The notes under the pieces: model-generated
The model's input: only the letters and a program-made list of their open reading frames with translations
Database searches by the model: none
Told to the model about the DNA's origin: nothing
Made by a program: the position numbers and the translations under genes
Shown here: piece by piece, positions 38,156-46,644 of the stretch
Layout: every line of letters begins with the position of its first letter
Numbering within the stretch: the first letter of the stretch is position 1
Origin: Candidatus Bathyarchaeia archaeon
GTDB taxonomy: Archaea > Thermoproteota > CALKCG01 > B24
NCBI GenBank assembly: GCA_038870975.1
Contig: JAVZJD010000001.1
Location: 672,001 to 736,000 of the forward strand
Reading direction: 5' to 3'
Length of the DNA: 64,000 bases

Positions 38156-39127
38156 GTGTTTCACATGTTGTTTGAATACCTATTAAGCGTTTTTATATTT
38201 CCAGGCTTTCTATTCATAATCCTTATTGCCTTCATATGCGAGTGGATAGACCGTAAACTGTACGCCGCTTTTCAAAATAGAGTCGGACCATGGGTTACTG
38301 GTCCATCGGGTCTGCTCCAACCAATCGCAGACTTCATAAAACTCTTAACCAAGGAGGATATAATACCTGAGGGAGCAGATGCTCTTATTTTCCGTGCCGT
38401 GCCAGTATTCGCACTTGCTTTGGTATTCACATGTAGCCTATTCCTACCCATTTCTAATTTAATGGGCCTATTATCATTCGAGGGTGATTTGATAATCGCA
38501 ATAACGTTGATGACGCTGTTGTCCATAGTATTCTTCTACGCCGGGCTTTCATCATCCAGCCGTTTTTCCATACTTGGTGCTGAAAGGTCTATGTTACAGC
38601 TTCTAAGCTATGAAATACCCTTCATGTTTTCGATGACGAGTGTAGCCGTTTCCACTGGTTCACTGAGTATATTTGGAGTCGTAGAAGCTCAGAAAGATAG
38701 ATGGCTAATAATGGGACCCAACGTGCTAAGTTTCATAATTTTCCTCTTAGCAGCTCAAGCCGAACTTGAGCGTATACCATTTGATATACCTGAAGCTGAG
38801 ACCGAAATTGTAGCTGGATGGTTAACGGAGTTTTCAGGGCGTAAGCTAGCGTTGCTTCGCTTGACAAAAAACGTGGAGCTCTTCTACTTGTCTGGTTTAG
38901 CGTCTTCGCTCTTCTTAGGAGGCCCCTTAGGGCCTGTGATTCATGGCTTAGAATCGTTGCTTTACCCGGCTTATTTTATCGTTAAATCGCTCATAATATT
39001 GTTCTTCTTATCGACATTGAGGTCGATCTTTGCAAGGCTTAGAATAGATGAAGCAGTTAACTTTCTTTGGAAGTATGTAATTCCTCTATCCGTTTTACAG
39101 TTTCTACTCGTGAGGGTGGCTGTCTAG
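38156..39127 (+). CDS. nuoH: Complex I-like subunit H (NuoH/FpoH)
   Basis: DRKLYAAFQNRVGP, GLLQPIADFIKLLTKE, LSYE, RIPFDIPEAETEIVAG..TEFSG, RLRID. Confidence 0.93.
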   Translation: MFHMLFEYLLSVFIFPGFLFIILIAFICEWIDRKLYAAFQNRVGPWVTGPSGLLQPIADFIKLLTKEDIIPEGADALIFRAVPVFALALVFTCSLFLPISNLMGLLSFEGDLIIAITLMTLLSIVFFYAGLSSSSRFSILGAERSMLQLLSYEIPFMFSMTSVAVSTGSLSIFGVVEAQKDRWLIMGPNVLSFIIFLLAAQAELERIPFDIPEAETEIVAGWLTEFSGRKLALLRLTKNVELFYLSGLASSLFLGGPLGPVIHGLESLLYPAYFIVKSLIILFFLSTLRSIFARLRIDEAVNFLWKYVIPLSVLQFLLVRVAV

Positions 39128-39176
39128 TATGTGCTATATAGTAAGTGGAAGAATTGTTGGGTGGTGATTATAAGTT

Positions 39177-39434
39177 ATGGAGCCTTTAGTTGAGCCAGTT
39201 GCGGTACACGTGTTAGTAGTTGTAGTCGCAGTAATAGTTGCTCTAATAGCAGTTGAAGCTAAAGATATCCTGAGAGCGCTTATAGGTTTTGTGTTATTGA
39301 GCCTCTCGCTAAGCATAGCCTTCTACATGCTAGGTGCTCCTTACGTCTCTGTATTCCAACTTGCCATATATGCAGGAGCAATAGTTGTCCTATTCATAAC
39401 AGCTTTACATACGATGAGGAGGATGAAATTGTGA
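39177..39434 (+). CDS. NuoJ N-terminal half / DUF4040-like membrane subunit
   Basis: LGAPYVSVFQLAIYAGAIVVLF. Confidence 0.8.
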   Translation: MEPLVEPVAVHVLVVVVAVIVALIAVEAKDILRALIGFVLLSLSLSIAFYMLGAPYVSVFQLAIYAGAIVVLFITALHTMRRMKL

Positions 39435-39730
39435 ATTTTCAAGAAGCTAGATTTTTTGAGGTGTTTACAGCCCTTGCAGTTGTTTTATTAGTGTTCATAC
39501 TGGTGTTCTTTTCAATGAATTTGGCGGAATTTTTCTCCTCTATAGGGTACAGACCTTCACTAACGCTTGAGAAGTTTCCCTCCTTCATATGGACATATAG
39601 AGGTTTAGACATGTTAGCCCAAGTATTTACGCTCTTAGCAACAGCATTGGGAGTTGTAGCGCTCTTGAGAGAAGACGAAGGACCCGGTGTAGAAGAGGAA
39701 CCGGCAGTTGAAGTTGGAGAGGAGGGTTAA
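39431..39730 (+). CDS. NuoJ C-terminal half / MnhB-like membrane subunit
   Basis: IWTYRGLDMLAQVFTLL; GTG overlaps the previous stop. Confidence 0.7.
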   Translation: MNFQEARFFEVFTALAVVLLVFILVFFSMNLAEFFSSIGYRPSLTLEKFPSFIWTYRGLDMLAQVFTLLATALGVVALLREDEGPGVEEEPAVEVGEEG

Positions 39731-39733
39731 ACG

Positions 39734-40054
39734 ATGCAGAATGTATCTCAAATTCAATCGATCTACATGACTGCTGTAATTGTACTGATTGCCATAGGGT
39801 TGTACTGCATAATTTCTAAAAGAGAGCTTCTCAAAATAGTCATCGGGATAGAAATACTAACTTCTGCTGTAAACCTGAACATCATAATTATGGGTTTAGG
39901 TGACTCTGGGGTTGATGTTTTAGCGCAATCTATGGTGGTCATTTCAATGGGTATAGGTGCCTGTATAGCCGCCGTCGCATTAGTCCTTGTAGTTGATGTT
40001 TTCCGCCACTACCGTACGACGGATGTTAGAAAGCTTAGAAGATTGAGGTGGTAA
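39734..40054 (+). CDS. nuoK: NuoK/MnhC subunit
   Basis: IGLYCIISKRELLKIVIGIEIL..AVNL; C-terminal TTDVRKLRRLRW. Confidence 0.88.
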   Translation: MQNVSQIQSIYMTAVIVLIAIGLYCIISKRELLKIVIGIEILTSAVNLNIIIMGLGDSGVDVLAQSMVVISMGIGACIAAVALVLVVDVFRHYRTTDVRKLRRLRW

Positions 40055-41646
40055 AAGTGGTTCAACTAGTCATGTACCCAGTTATTGTCCTCCTAGCTTC
40101 AGCCGCCTCAATGCCTATAGTAAAGATTCTAGAAGAAAAGCTTAAGTTTAAGCGGCTAAAGGAAATGTTGGCAACGTTTTCCCTAGCACTATGCTTAATC
40201 CTCCTCTTAACGTTGCATGAGCAGGTTTTAAGAGAAGGACATCTTGAATCCTATTTACCTGGTTTTAGCCTTCCTTTTGGAGTGCAACTTTACGTTGACG
40301 AGCTCAGCATATATATGGCTATAATTTTCTGTGGAATAGGGTTATTAGCCGCTATATTCTCCTACCGTTACATGGAGGTTGATACTGGGCTCGACAAGTA
40401 CTATGGCCTACTCCTAACGCTTACTAGTGGTATGATCGGTGTAGCCTTTGCCGGGGATCTCTTTAACCTGTACGTGTTCTGGGAGCTCATGTGTATAAGC
40501 TCCTACTCTCTAGTCTCATTTAGGAAATACCGCTGGGAGGCTGTGGAAGCTGGCTTTAAATACCTAACCATGAGTACTATAGGCTCTTTAATTTCTCTTT
40601 ATGGGATATCATTAATCTACGGATGTTTTAAAACGTTAAATATGCGTGATATAGCGTTAAGGCTTTCATATGCTCAAAACATGTTTGAACGATCCAACGT
40701 ATTGCCTCTACACTTAGCCGTGGTCTTCATAATATGTGGTTTCGCCGTTACAGCTGCTCTTGTACCTTTTCATACGTGGCTTCCAGATGCACATCCAGCC
40801 GCTCCAGCATCTATAAGCGCAATGTTATCTGGCGTCGTTATAAAGACTGGTATTTACGCGATGAGCCGTATACTTTTCACATCGTTTAGCTTAGTACCAA
40901 TTGGAAGCGCCTCCAGTACCCATCCAGTTCCCATTATCGACTATGGGCTTGTACTTATCGTACTTGGGGTTTTAACGATAACGATTGCCAATATTATGGT
41001 TATTCAACAGAAGGATCTCAAAAGATTTCTAGCGTTCTCTAGCATAGTAAACATGGGGTATATTGCATTTGGTTTCGGTATAGCTGCCTATTTACTCTAC
41101 CATTATCCCGGGCAGTATCATGCCTTCAAGTTAGCAGCCACAGCAGCCTCTGGAGCAATTATGCATATTTTGAATCATGCAATTGGTAAGAGCCTCCTCT
41201 TCCTCTATTCAGGCTGTATTGTTCATGAAGCTAAAACGAGAGATATCTCTAAGATAGAAGGCATAGGTCGTAAAATGCCCATAACAGGTATATCGTCATC
41301 CATTGGTTTATTCCACTTAGCTGGGATCCCTCCACTCGCAGGTTTTTGGAGTAAGTTTCTCATAGTATGGGGTGGTTTAGGGTTCCTCGAAGACACCTTT
41401 CTCGTCGGGTCAACAGTAATCATAGTTTTGAATAGTGTCTACGCAGCTGGCTATTATGTGTGGTTGGTACAGAGAATAATGTTAAATAAGCCATCTACAG
41501 TGGTTGAAAAAGTCCATGAAGCACCTACTAACATGGTGATGCCGGTCGTAATACTCTCAACCGTATGCATTTGCCTAACCGTACTACTTCCATGGCTAAT
41601 TCCCATAATTGAGAAGGCAACTTTAGCCCTACTAATGGGTGGATAA
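40048..41646 (+). CDS. Antiporter-like proton-pumping subunit (NuoN/MrpD-like)
   Basis: DLFNLYVFWEL, EAGFKY, PFHTWLPDAHPAAP, KRFLAFSS, GIPPLAGFWSK. Confidence 0.88.
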   Translation: MVKVVQLVMYPVIVLLASAASMPIVKILEEKLKFKRLKEMLATFSLALCLILLLTLHEQVLREGHLESYLPGFSLPFGVQLYVDELSIYMAIIFCGIGLLAAIFSYRYMEVDTGLDKYYGLLLTLTSGMIGVAFAGDLFNLYVFWELMCISSYSLVSFRKYRWEAVEAGFKYLTMSTIGSLISLYGISLIYGCFKTLNMRDIALRLSYAQNMFERSNVLPLHLAVVFIICGFAVTAALVPFHTWLPDAHPAAPASISAMLSGVVIKTGIYAMSRILFTSFSLVPIGSASSTHPVPIIDYGLVLIVLGVLTITIANIMVIQQKDLKRFLAFSSIVNMGYIAFGFGIAAYLLYHYPGQYHAFKLAATAASGAIMHILNHAIGKSLLFLYSGCIVHEAKTRDISKIEGIGRKMPITGISSSIGLFHLAGIPPLAGFWSKFLIVWGGLGFLEDTFLVGSTVIIVLNSVYAAGYYVWLVQRIMLNKPSTVVEKVHEAPTNMVMPVVILSTVCICLTVLLPWLIPIIEKATLALLMGG

Positions 41647-41662
41647 TCGATGTTAACCAATA

Positions 41663-41756
41663 TATTGACTAAAGTAGTTAAAAGACCAGCTAACTCGTGG
41701 TGGTTTTGGTCGGAGTACACGACCAGCCATCAATTACTGGCTTGACTTTAACAATA
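41663..41756 (+). ncRNA. Long intergenic stem-loop (candidate sRNA or mRNA regulatory element)
   Basis: Nested stems TATTG/CAATA, TAAAGT/ACTTTA, CCAG/CTGG, TGGTGGT/GCCATCA, TGGTCG/CGACCA with G-U pairs on the + strand. Confidence 0.45.
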
Positions 41757-41817
41757 ATCTTAAATATCTTTCGTGGTAAATAAAGTGAATGTCAACTGGG
41801 CTCCAAGAGGTGGATAT

Positions 41818-43281
41818 ATGATAGTCTTACAATCGATTATAATACCCATGATCGCATCCATATTTACTTTAGTATTGGATGAACATTTTAAAGAGAAGGT
41901 AGGCTGGATAGCGTTCATAGCATCCCTTTCCTCAACCATATTGATATTAAATGTTGCTCTTGAGGGGGGATGCGTAGAGGTTTATCCATGGACGCCTACT
42001 ATTGGAGATTTTAAGCTTGTAGCCGACGGCATTAGCATACCTATAGCTATTACCATCTCCCTACTCTGTACGGTTATAGCTGTATATTCAATAAGCTATA
42101 TGAAGCATGAAGAAAAAATAGGGGCATACTTTACCCTGCTTCTTATCTACGAAGCCGGCATGATAGGTACAGTTTTCGTAGCAAATCTAGTCTTCTTCTT
42201 CTTATTCTATGAGCTTATGCTTCTCCCATCTTGGGCGTTGATTGCCATTTGGGGTACTGGAGCTAAGGAAAGAATAGCCCTTAAATACTTCATATTTACA
42301 GAAGCAGGGGCTCTATCCTTACTTGGAGGAATAGCCTCAACTAAAATCTTATCTGGGACTTTCGATATATTCGAAATAGCGAATGCTACTGCTACTCTCT
42401 CTCCGTATGTACTCGTTCCAATAGCTTCCGCTATGCTTCTCGGCTTTTTCGTCAAAATGGCTTTATTCCCATTACATACTTGGCTTCCAGACGCCCATGC
42501 TGAGGCCCCAACACCTATAAGTGCGCTCTTATCGCCAGCGATGATAGGATTGGGCGGCTATGCGTCTATAAGAGTGCTCTACACGTGTTTTCCGTCAATC
42601 TTAAACCTGTGGTGGTTCACAACGACTCTGACGGTTCTCGCTTTAATTACACTCATTTATGGAAGTTTAATGGTATACGTCCAAGATGATATTAAGAGGT
42701 TTCTAGCGTTCTCTAGCATAAGTCAGATGGGTTATATGTTTTTCGGGATATCAAGCCTTTCAACAACCGGGGTTTTAGGGGCAATCCTTATTTACATAAA
42801 TCACGGTTTATGTAAAGCCGTCCTCTTCATGGTTTCAGGTGTATTCAGCCATGAAGTTGGAACTAGACGTATAAGAGAACTCAGCGGTGTAGCTTCTAAA
42901 ATGCCCTATACTACGGTGGCTGCTGTAATCAGTTTTCTCGGGCTGGCTGGTGTTCCACCACTTGTAGGATTTTGGGCTGAACTTTACATATTCACTGGCT
43001 CCATCTACACGGCTTTAAAAGGCTCCCCTACCCTGGATATTACTAGGCTTGTACTGACGGTTGTTGCAATAATCTCAGCTATTCTGACAGCTGGTTATGG
43101 ACTATGGATTATACGTAGAGTTTTTGCTGGAAAACCAAGTAAAGCCGTTGAGAAATCGCATGAGCCATCTATGTTAATGTTAATGCCGCTGTTTATCTTA
43201 GCAATATTAGCCATAGTTTTAGGCGTATATCCATCACCCCTTATGGGCCTAATATCGTCTACTACTGGTGTTGGATTATGA
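41818..43281 (+). CDS. nuoM: Antiporter-like subunit NuoM
   Basis: FFLFYEL, WGTG..ERIALKYFIFT, VKMALFPLHTWLPDAHAEAP, GFWAE; ATG 41818 follows GGTGG SD. Confidence 0.88.
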   Translation: MIVLQSIIIPMIASIFTLVLDEHFKEKVGWIAFIASLSSTILILNVALEGGCVEVYPWTPTIGDFKLVADGISIPIAITISLLCTVIAVYSISYMKHEEKIGAYFTLLLIYEAGMIGTVFVANLVFFFLFYELMLLPSWALIAIWGTGAKERIALKYFIFTEAGALSLLGGIASTKILSGTFDIFEIANATATLSPYVLVPIASAMLLGFFVKMALFPLHTWLPDAHAEAPTPISALLSPAMIGLGGYASIRVLYTCFPSILNLWWFTTTLTVLALITLIYGSLMVYVQDDIKRFLAFSSISQMGYMFFGISSLSTTGVLGAILIYINHGLCKAVLFMVSGVFSHEVGTRRIRELSGVASKMPYTTVAAVISFLGLAGVPPLVGFWAELYIFTGSIYTALKGSPTLDITRLVLTVVAIISAILTAGYGLWIIRRVFAGKPSKAVEKSHEPSMLMLMPLFILAILAIVLGVYPSPLMGLISSTTGVGL

Positions 43282-43311
43282 ATTCTCCATGAATAATACT
43301 GGGGGTTACAT

Positions 43312-45195
43312 ATGTTACCCGTCGCAAATGCGAGCCGAATCATTGATATCCTCTTGGTTACGACAATCGCATCCTACATAGTTGGCCGCAAATTGAAGGA
43401 GTACACTGGTTTTATAACAGCTTCAGGGTTAATAATAACCACGTTAATCCTTCTCAAACTTATACCTGAAGTCTTAGAATCTGAGATTTACGAAGAATAT
43501 ACTTTTCTATCGGTTGTTCCTCTAGGATTTAGTTTTAGGATTGACGGGTTGAGTTTAACTTTAGCCTTAATCATAAGCTTTATTTCAACCCTCTCTTCCA
43601 TATACTCAATTCAATGGATAAAGGGCAAGGGTGCTCATGAAATTTACTTCAGCCTCATCTCTTTCTTATCACTTACGATGACGATAGTAGTCTTCACAAG
43701 CGATTTAATCATGCTATTCCTCTTCTGGGAGCTTACAGTTACCATTCCAGTCTTCTTAATAGCAAAATGGGGTTACGAAGGAAGCTTAACTACGGCCATT
43801 CGATTCTTCCTATTCTCTAGACTTGGCGGGGTGCTTCTTTTAGTCGGGCTAATCCTGGCCTACATATCCTTAGGATCATCGAATATGCACGTTCTAGCAG
43901 GTATTAGCCATGATTTGAAACCAGGAATCGCCACTCTAATAATTCTCCTAATGATTTTGGGATTCTCCGTTAAAATGGCGATTTGGCCATTCCATGGTTG
44001 GCTTCCGTCAACATACGTAGATGCACCAATACCTGTAACCGTATTGCTAAGCGGGGTTATGAGCAAACTAGGAGTCTATGGTGTGATTAGAGTCCTGCAA
44101 ATCTTCCACGGATTTGAATCTTTAGAAATTCAAAGTATTCTAACATCCTTAGCTTTAATCACCGCTTTATATGGTGGAATTATGGCTTTAAAAAGAGACG
44201 AACTAAGAGAAATCTTGGCATTTTCAAGTATGAGTCACATGGGCTATATACTCTTCGGTTTCTCTGCGCTTTCAACTCATGGACATGGCTTTTCAGGGGC
44301 TCTATTGCACATGGTAAACCATACGATAAGTAAAAGCATCCTATTCTTCTGTGCAGGATTCATGCTTCAAATCTTTGGGACAGCCAACGTTAAAGAGTTG
44401 AGAGGTAACTTTAGGCATCATCATCTAATACTCATATCCGCTATAATAGGTGCATTGGGGCTCATGGGTCTTCCACCAGCTATTGGATTCTGGAGCAAAG
44501 ACATGCTCCTAGGCTTCTCACTAGAACTCGGATATCCTGTTACAATTCTTATGTTTATTGTAGCTTTTCTATCAGTAGCTTACAACTTAAGATGGATTTT
44601 TTACGTTTTTACTGGGGTGAAATCTGACGGTGAAATCGGAAGACCTCCTCTCACTATGACCGTACCAGTGATACTACTCGCCGCTCTAGCAGTTACACCA
44701 TTAACTTACATGGATGTATTAACGCACCTTTTAAAAGTAGAGCATGTTACAATAGAATCCATCCCCCTCTTGATGACCATTATGGCTTCAGTCTGCGGCT
44801 TTCTATCCGTCTATCTAACAGCTTACAAGCATAGGCTTCAATTAGGCTGGCTTACTGGGATTTCAACTACGCTGTTAGATACGTTATCTCTCGAATGGCT
44901 CTACCTCGGTATTTTTGTGAATGGGTTGTTAAAGGCTGCGCATTGGATTTTCAATAACATCGAAACGTCTATTGATGCTCTCAACTATCTGACCGCGAAT
45001 AACCTACTTAAGTCTGCAAACTGGATTTTCAATAACATCGAAACGTCTATTGATGCTCTCAACTATCTACTTGCGAGAAGTGCGTTTCATCTTTCCCAGC
45101 AAGTGAGAAAGCTTCAGACTGGAATGCTATCCTACAATGTTCTAGCCATACTTTTAGCTATGATAATTCTATTGCTTCTTATACTACTAGTATAA
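43312..45195 (+). CDS. nuoL: Antiporter-like subunit NuoL/MrpA-like with lateral helix
   Basis: LFLFWEL, PFHGWLP, GFWSKD; C-terminal amphipathic helix and RKLQTG..Y terminal TM. Confidence 0.82.
   Translation: MLPVANASRIIDILLVTTIASYIVGRKLKEYTGFITASGLIITTLILLKLIPEVLESEIYEEYTFLSVVPLGFSFRIDGLSLTLALIISFISTLSSIYSIQWIKGKGAHEIYFSLISFLSLTMTIVVFTSDLIMLFLFWELTVTIPVFLIAKWGYEGSLTTAIRFFLFSRLGGVLLLVGLILAYISLGSSNMHVLAGISHDLKPGIATLIILLMILGFSVKMAIWPFHGWLPSTYVDAPIPVTVLLSGVMSKLGVYGVIRVLQIFHGFESLEIQSILTSLALITALYGGIMALKRDELREILAFSSMSHMGYILFGFSALSTHGHGFSGALLHMVNHTISKSILFFCAGFMLQIFGTANVKELRGNFRHHHLILISAIIGALGLMGLPPAIGFWSKDMLLGFSLELGYPVTILMFIVAFLSVAYNLRWIFYVFTGVKSDGEIGRPPLTMTVPVILLAALAVTPLTYMDVLTHLLKVEHVTIESIPLLMTIMASVCGFLSVYLTAYKHRLQLGWLTGISTTLLDTLSLEWLYLGIFVNGLLKAAHWIFNNIETSIDALNYLTANNLLKSANWIFNNIETSIDALNYLLARSAFHLSQQVRKLQTGMLSYNVLAILLAMIILLLLILLV
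44944..45068 (+). repeat. In-frame 78-bp-period tandem duplication (47 bp identical) in nuoL
   Basis: TGGATTTTCAATAACATCGAAACGTCTATTGATGCTCTCAACTATCT at 44944-44990 and 45022-45068. Confidence 0.95.
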
Positions 45196-46233
45196 TATGA
45201 GGGCCTTTCTTATATCTTCTTCAGGTATCTCTCTAATTTTTCCGTTTATGATTGTTATTAAATCATTGACTTCATAGAATTTGAGATTTAAGAAACCGAT
45301 TAAAATTCCTACATGGAATCTATCTCCTTGAAAAACTTTAGCACTTTCTTTTGCTATATGTCGTTTAAGTGATACTTCTACCTCAAATAATGTTTTCTCC
45401 CTACTTAGCAAAATGACTTTTCCATAATAGCTTTCCATTAAAATATCCACGGCTTTAGAAATAGACGGTGCAACATACATTTTAATAAGTGTATCATTCG
45501 TTATCTTGTAATATGCAGGAATTATAAGTTCTCCTATATTTCTAATATCTACTCCAATGTTTTTAATTCTTAAAACAGTCATAATATTCATAGCATCTGT
45601 TTCCACTCCTATTAGATGTTCTGCTATTTTTCTATCATATCCTTTTAACTTCTCTATCTCATTCCATATACGGCTCATAACATATCTATCCATGCTCATC
45701 TCTAATGGTATGGTTGAACCGATTTTTTTGGAAAAAGTCGTGTAAAAGTATGGGAATATGGATTCTTTTAATCTATCATCTAAGAAATCTACTATTTTTG
45801 ATAGATCTCTCGTGTCTAAAATTATTTTACAAACGTCTGCATTATATCTGCCAACTGGAACAATTATTTTAAATGCCTCTTCAGGACCCACATTTTGCGC
45901 TAAAAGTCTAATAAGTGTTTTTAAACAAGTCACCTCATGCCTCTCAAGTATTGCATTTAAAAGAGGCTTAACATAAGAAGGTGTTGCTGTTAAAATTTTG
46001 CGAAATGTGTCATAGTAGTGAATAAGAAGAGCTCTCTCTATATTCTCAATATTAAGCGTTTTATCAAGCACCTCAGATACCGCCTGTTTGTAAACAGTCT
46101 CCTCAAGCATCGTTAAGACTTTATGAGGGTCTCTTATTCTCAGTATTGTCTCATATTGAGACGGTGTTAAAATGAACGATTTTAGAGCGCCCGTAAGTGC
46201 CACGGCTGAAGCATAACGGCCAGTCTCTCTCAT
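45187..46233 (-). CDS. atpC: A/V-type ATP synthase subunit C (d)
   Basis: YASA...ALKS..LT..QYE.I, L.ETVY, E.D..NI..VLR, LNLKFYEV.DL..I..GK. Confidence 0.85.
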   Translation of the reverse strand: MRETGRYASAVALTGALKSFILTPSQYETILRIRDPHKVLTMLEETVYKQAVSEVLDKTLNIENIERALLIHYYDTFRKILTATPSYVKPLLNAILERHEVTCLKTLIRLLAQNVGPEEAFKIIVPVGRYNADVCKIILDTRDLSKIVDFLDDRLKESIFPYFYTTFSKKIGSTIPLEMSMDRYVMSRIWNEIEKLKGYDRKIAEHLIGVETDAMNIMTVLRIKNIGVDIRNIGELIIPAYYKITNDTLIKMYVAPSISKAVDILMESYYGKVILLSREKTLFEVEVSLKRHIAKESAKVFQGDRFHVGILIGFLNLKFYEVNDLITIINGKIREIPEEDIRKALILY

Positions 46234-46413
46234 ACCGATAAAAACTTAATATATTCTACCTTATCTATTTTGCTACTTTTTAGTAATTCTGGTAAGAGAA
46301 TAGATTACGAGATAATTCTTCAAGGATATTTTTGAAGAAGGCTCAGTTGCTCGACATGTAAGTAGGTTTCATCAAGGGGGATTCAAGTTGATAAGATGAG
46401 TTGACCATTTAAC

Positions 46414-46644
46414 TTATTTTTTCGTTGGCTTTGTTAGAATAATATTTTTAGTCATCCAGAGTATAATTAAGCTGCCTAGGATAAAACCCAGTGTTCCTCC
46501 GATAAATGGTAGCAGTCTTCGAAGCGGCTCATCGAATTCATTTCTTATCATCCAACCTATATAAAAGCCTATCAACGCCGGTATAGGAATAAAAAGTATT
46601 ACTGAAATGTAAACACGGTAGAGTTTTTCGCGAATAAACTTCAC
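46414..46644 (-). CDS. Small 2-TM protein, AtpZ/AtpI (ATPase gene1)-like
   Basis: PALIGFYIGW.I...F....LPFIGGTLGFILG; overlaps the subunit I stop. Confidence 0.55.
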   Translation of the reverse strand: MKFIREKLYRVYISVILFIPIPALIGFYIGWMIRNEFDEPLRRLLPFIGGTLGFILGSLIILWMTKNIILTKPTKK

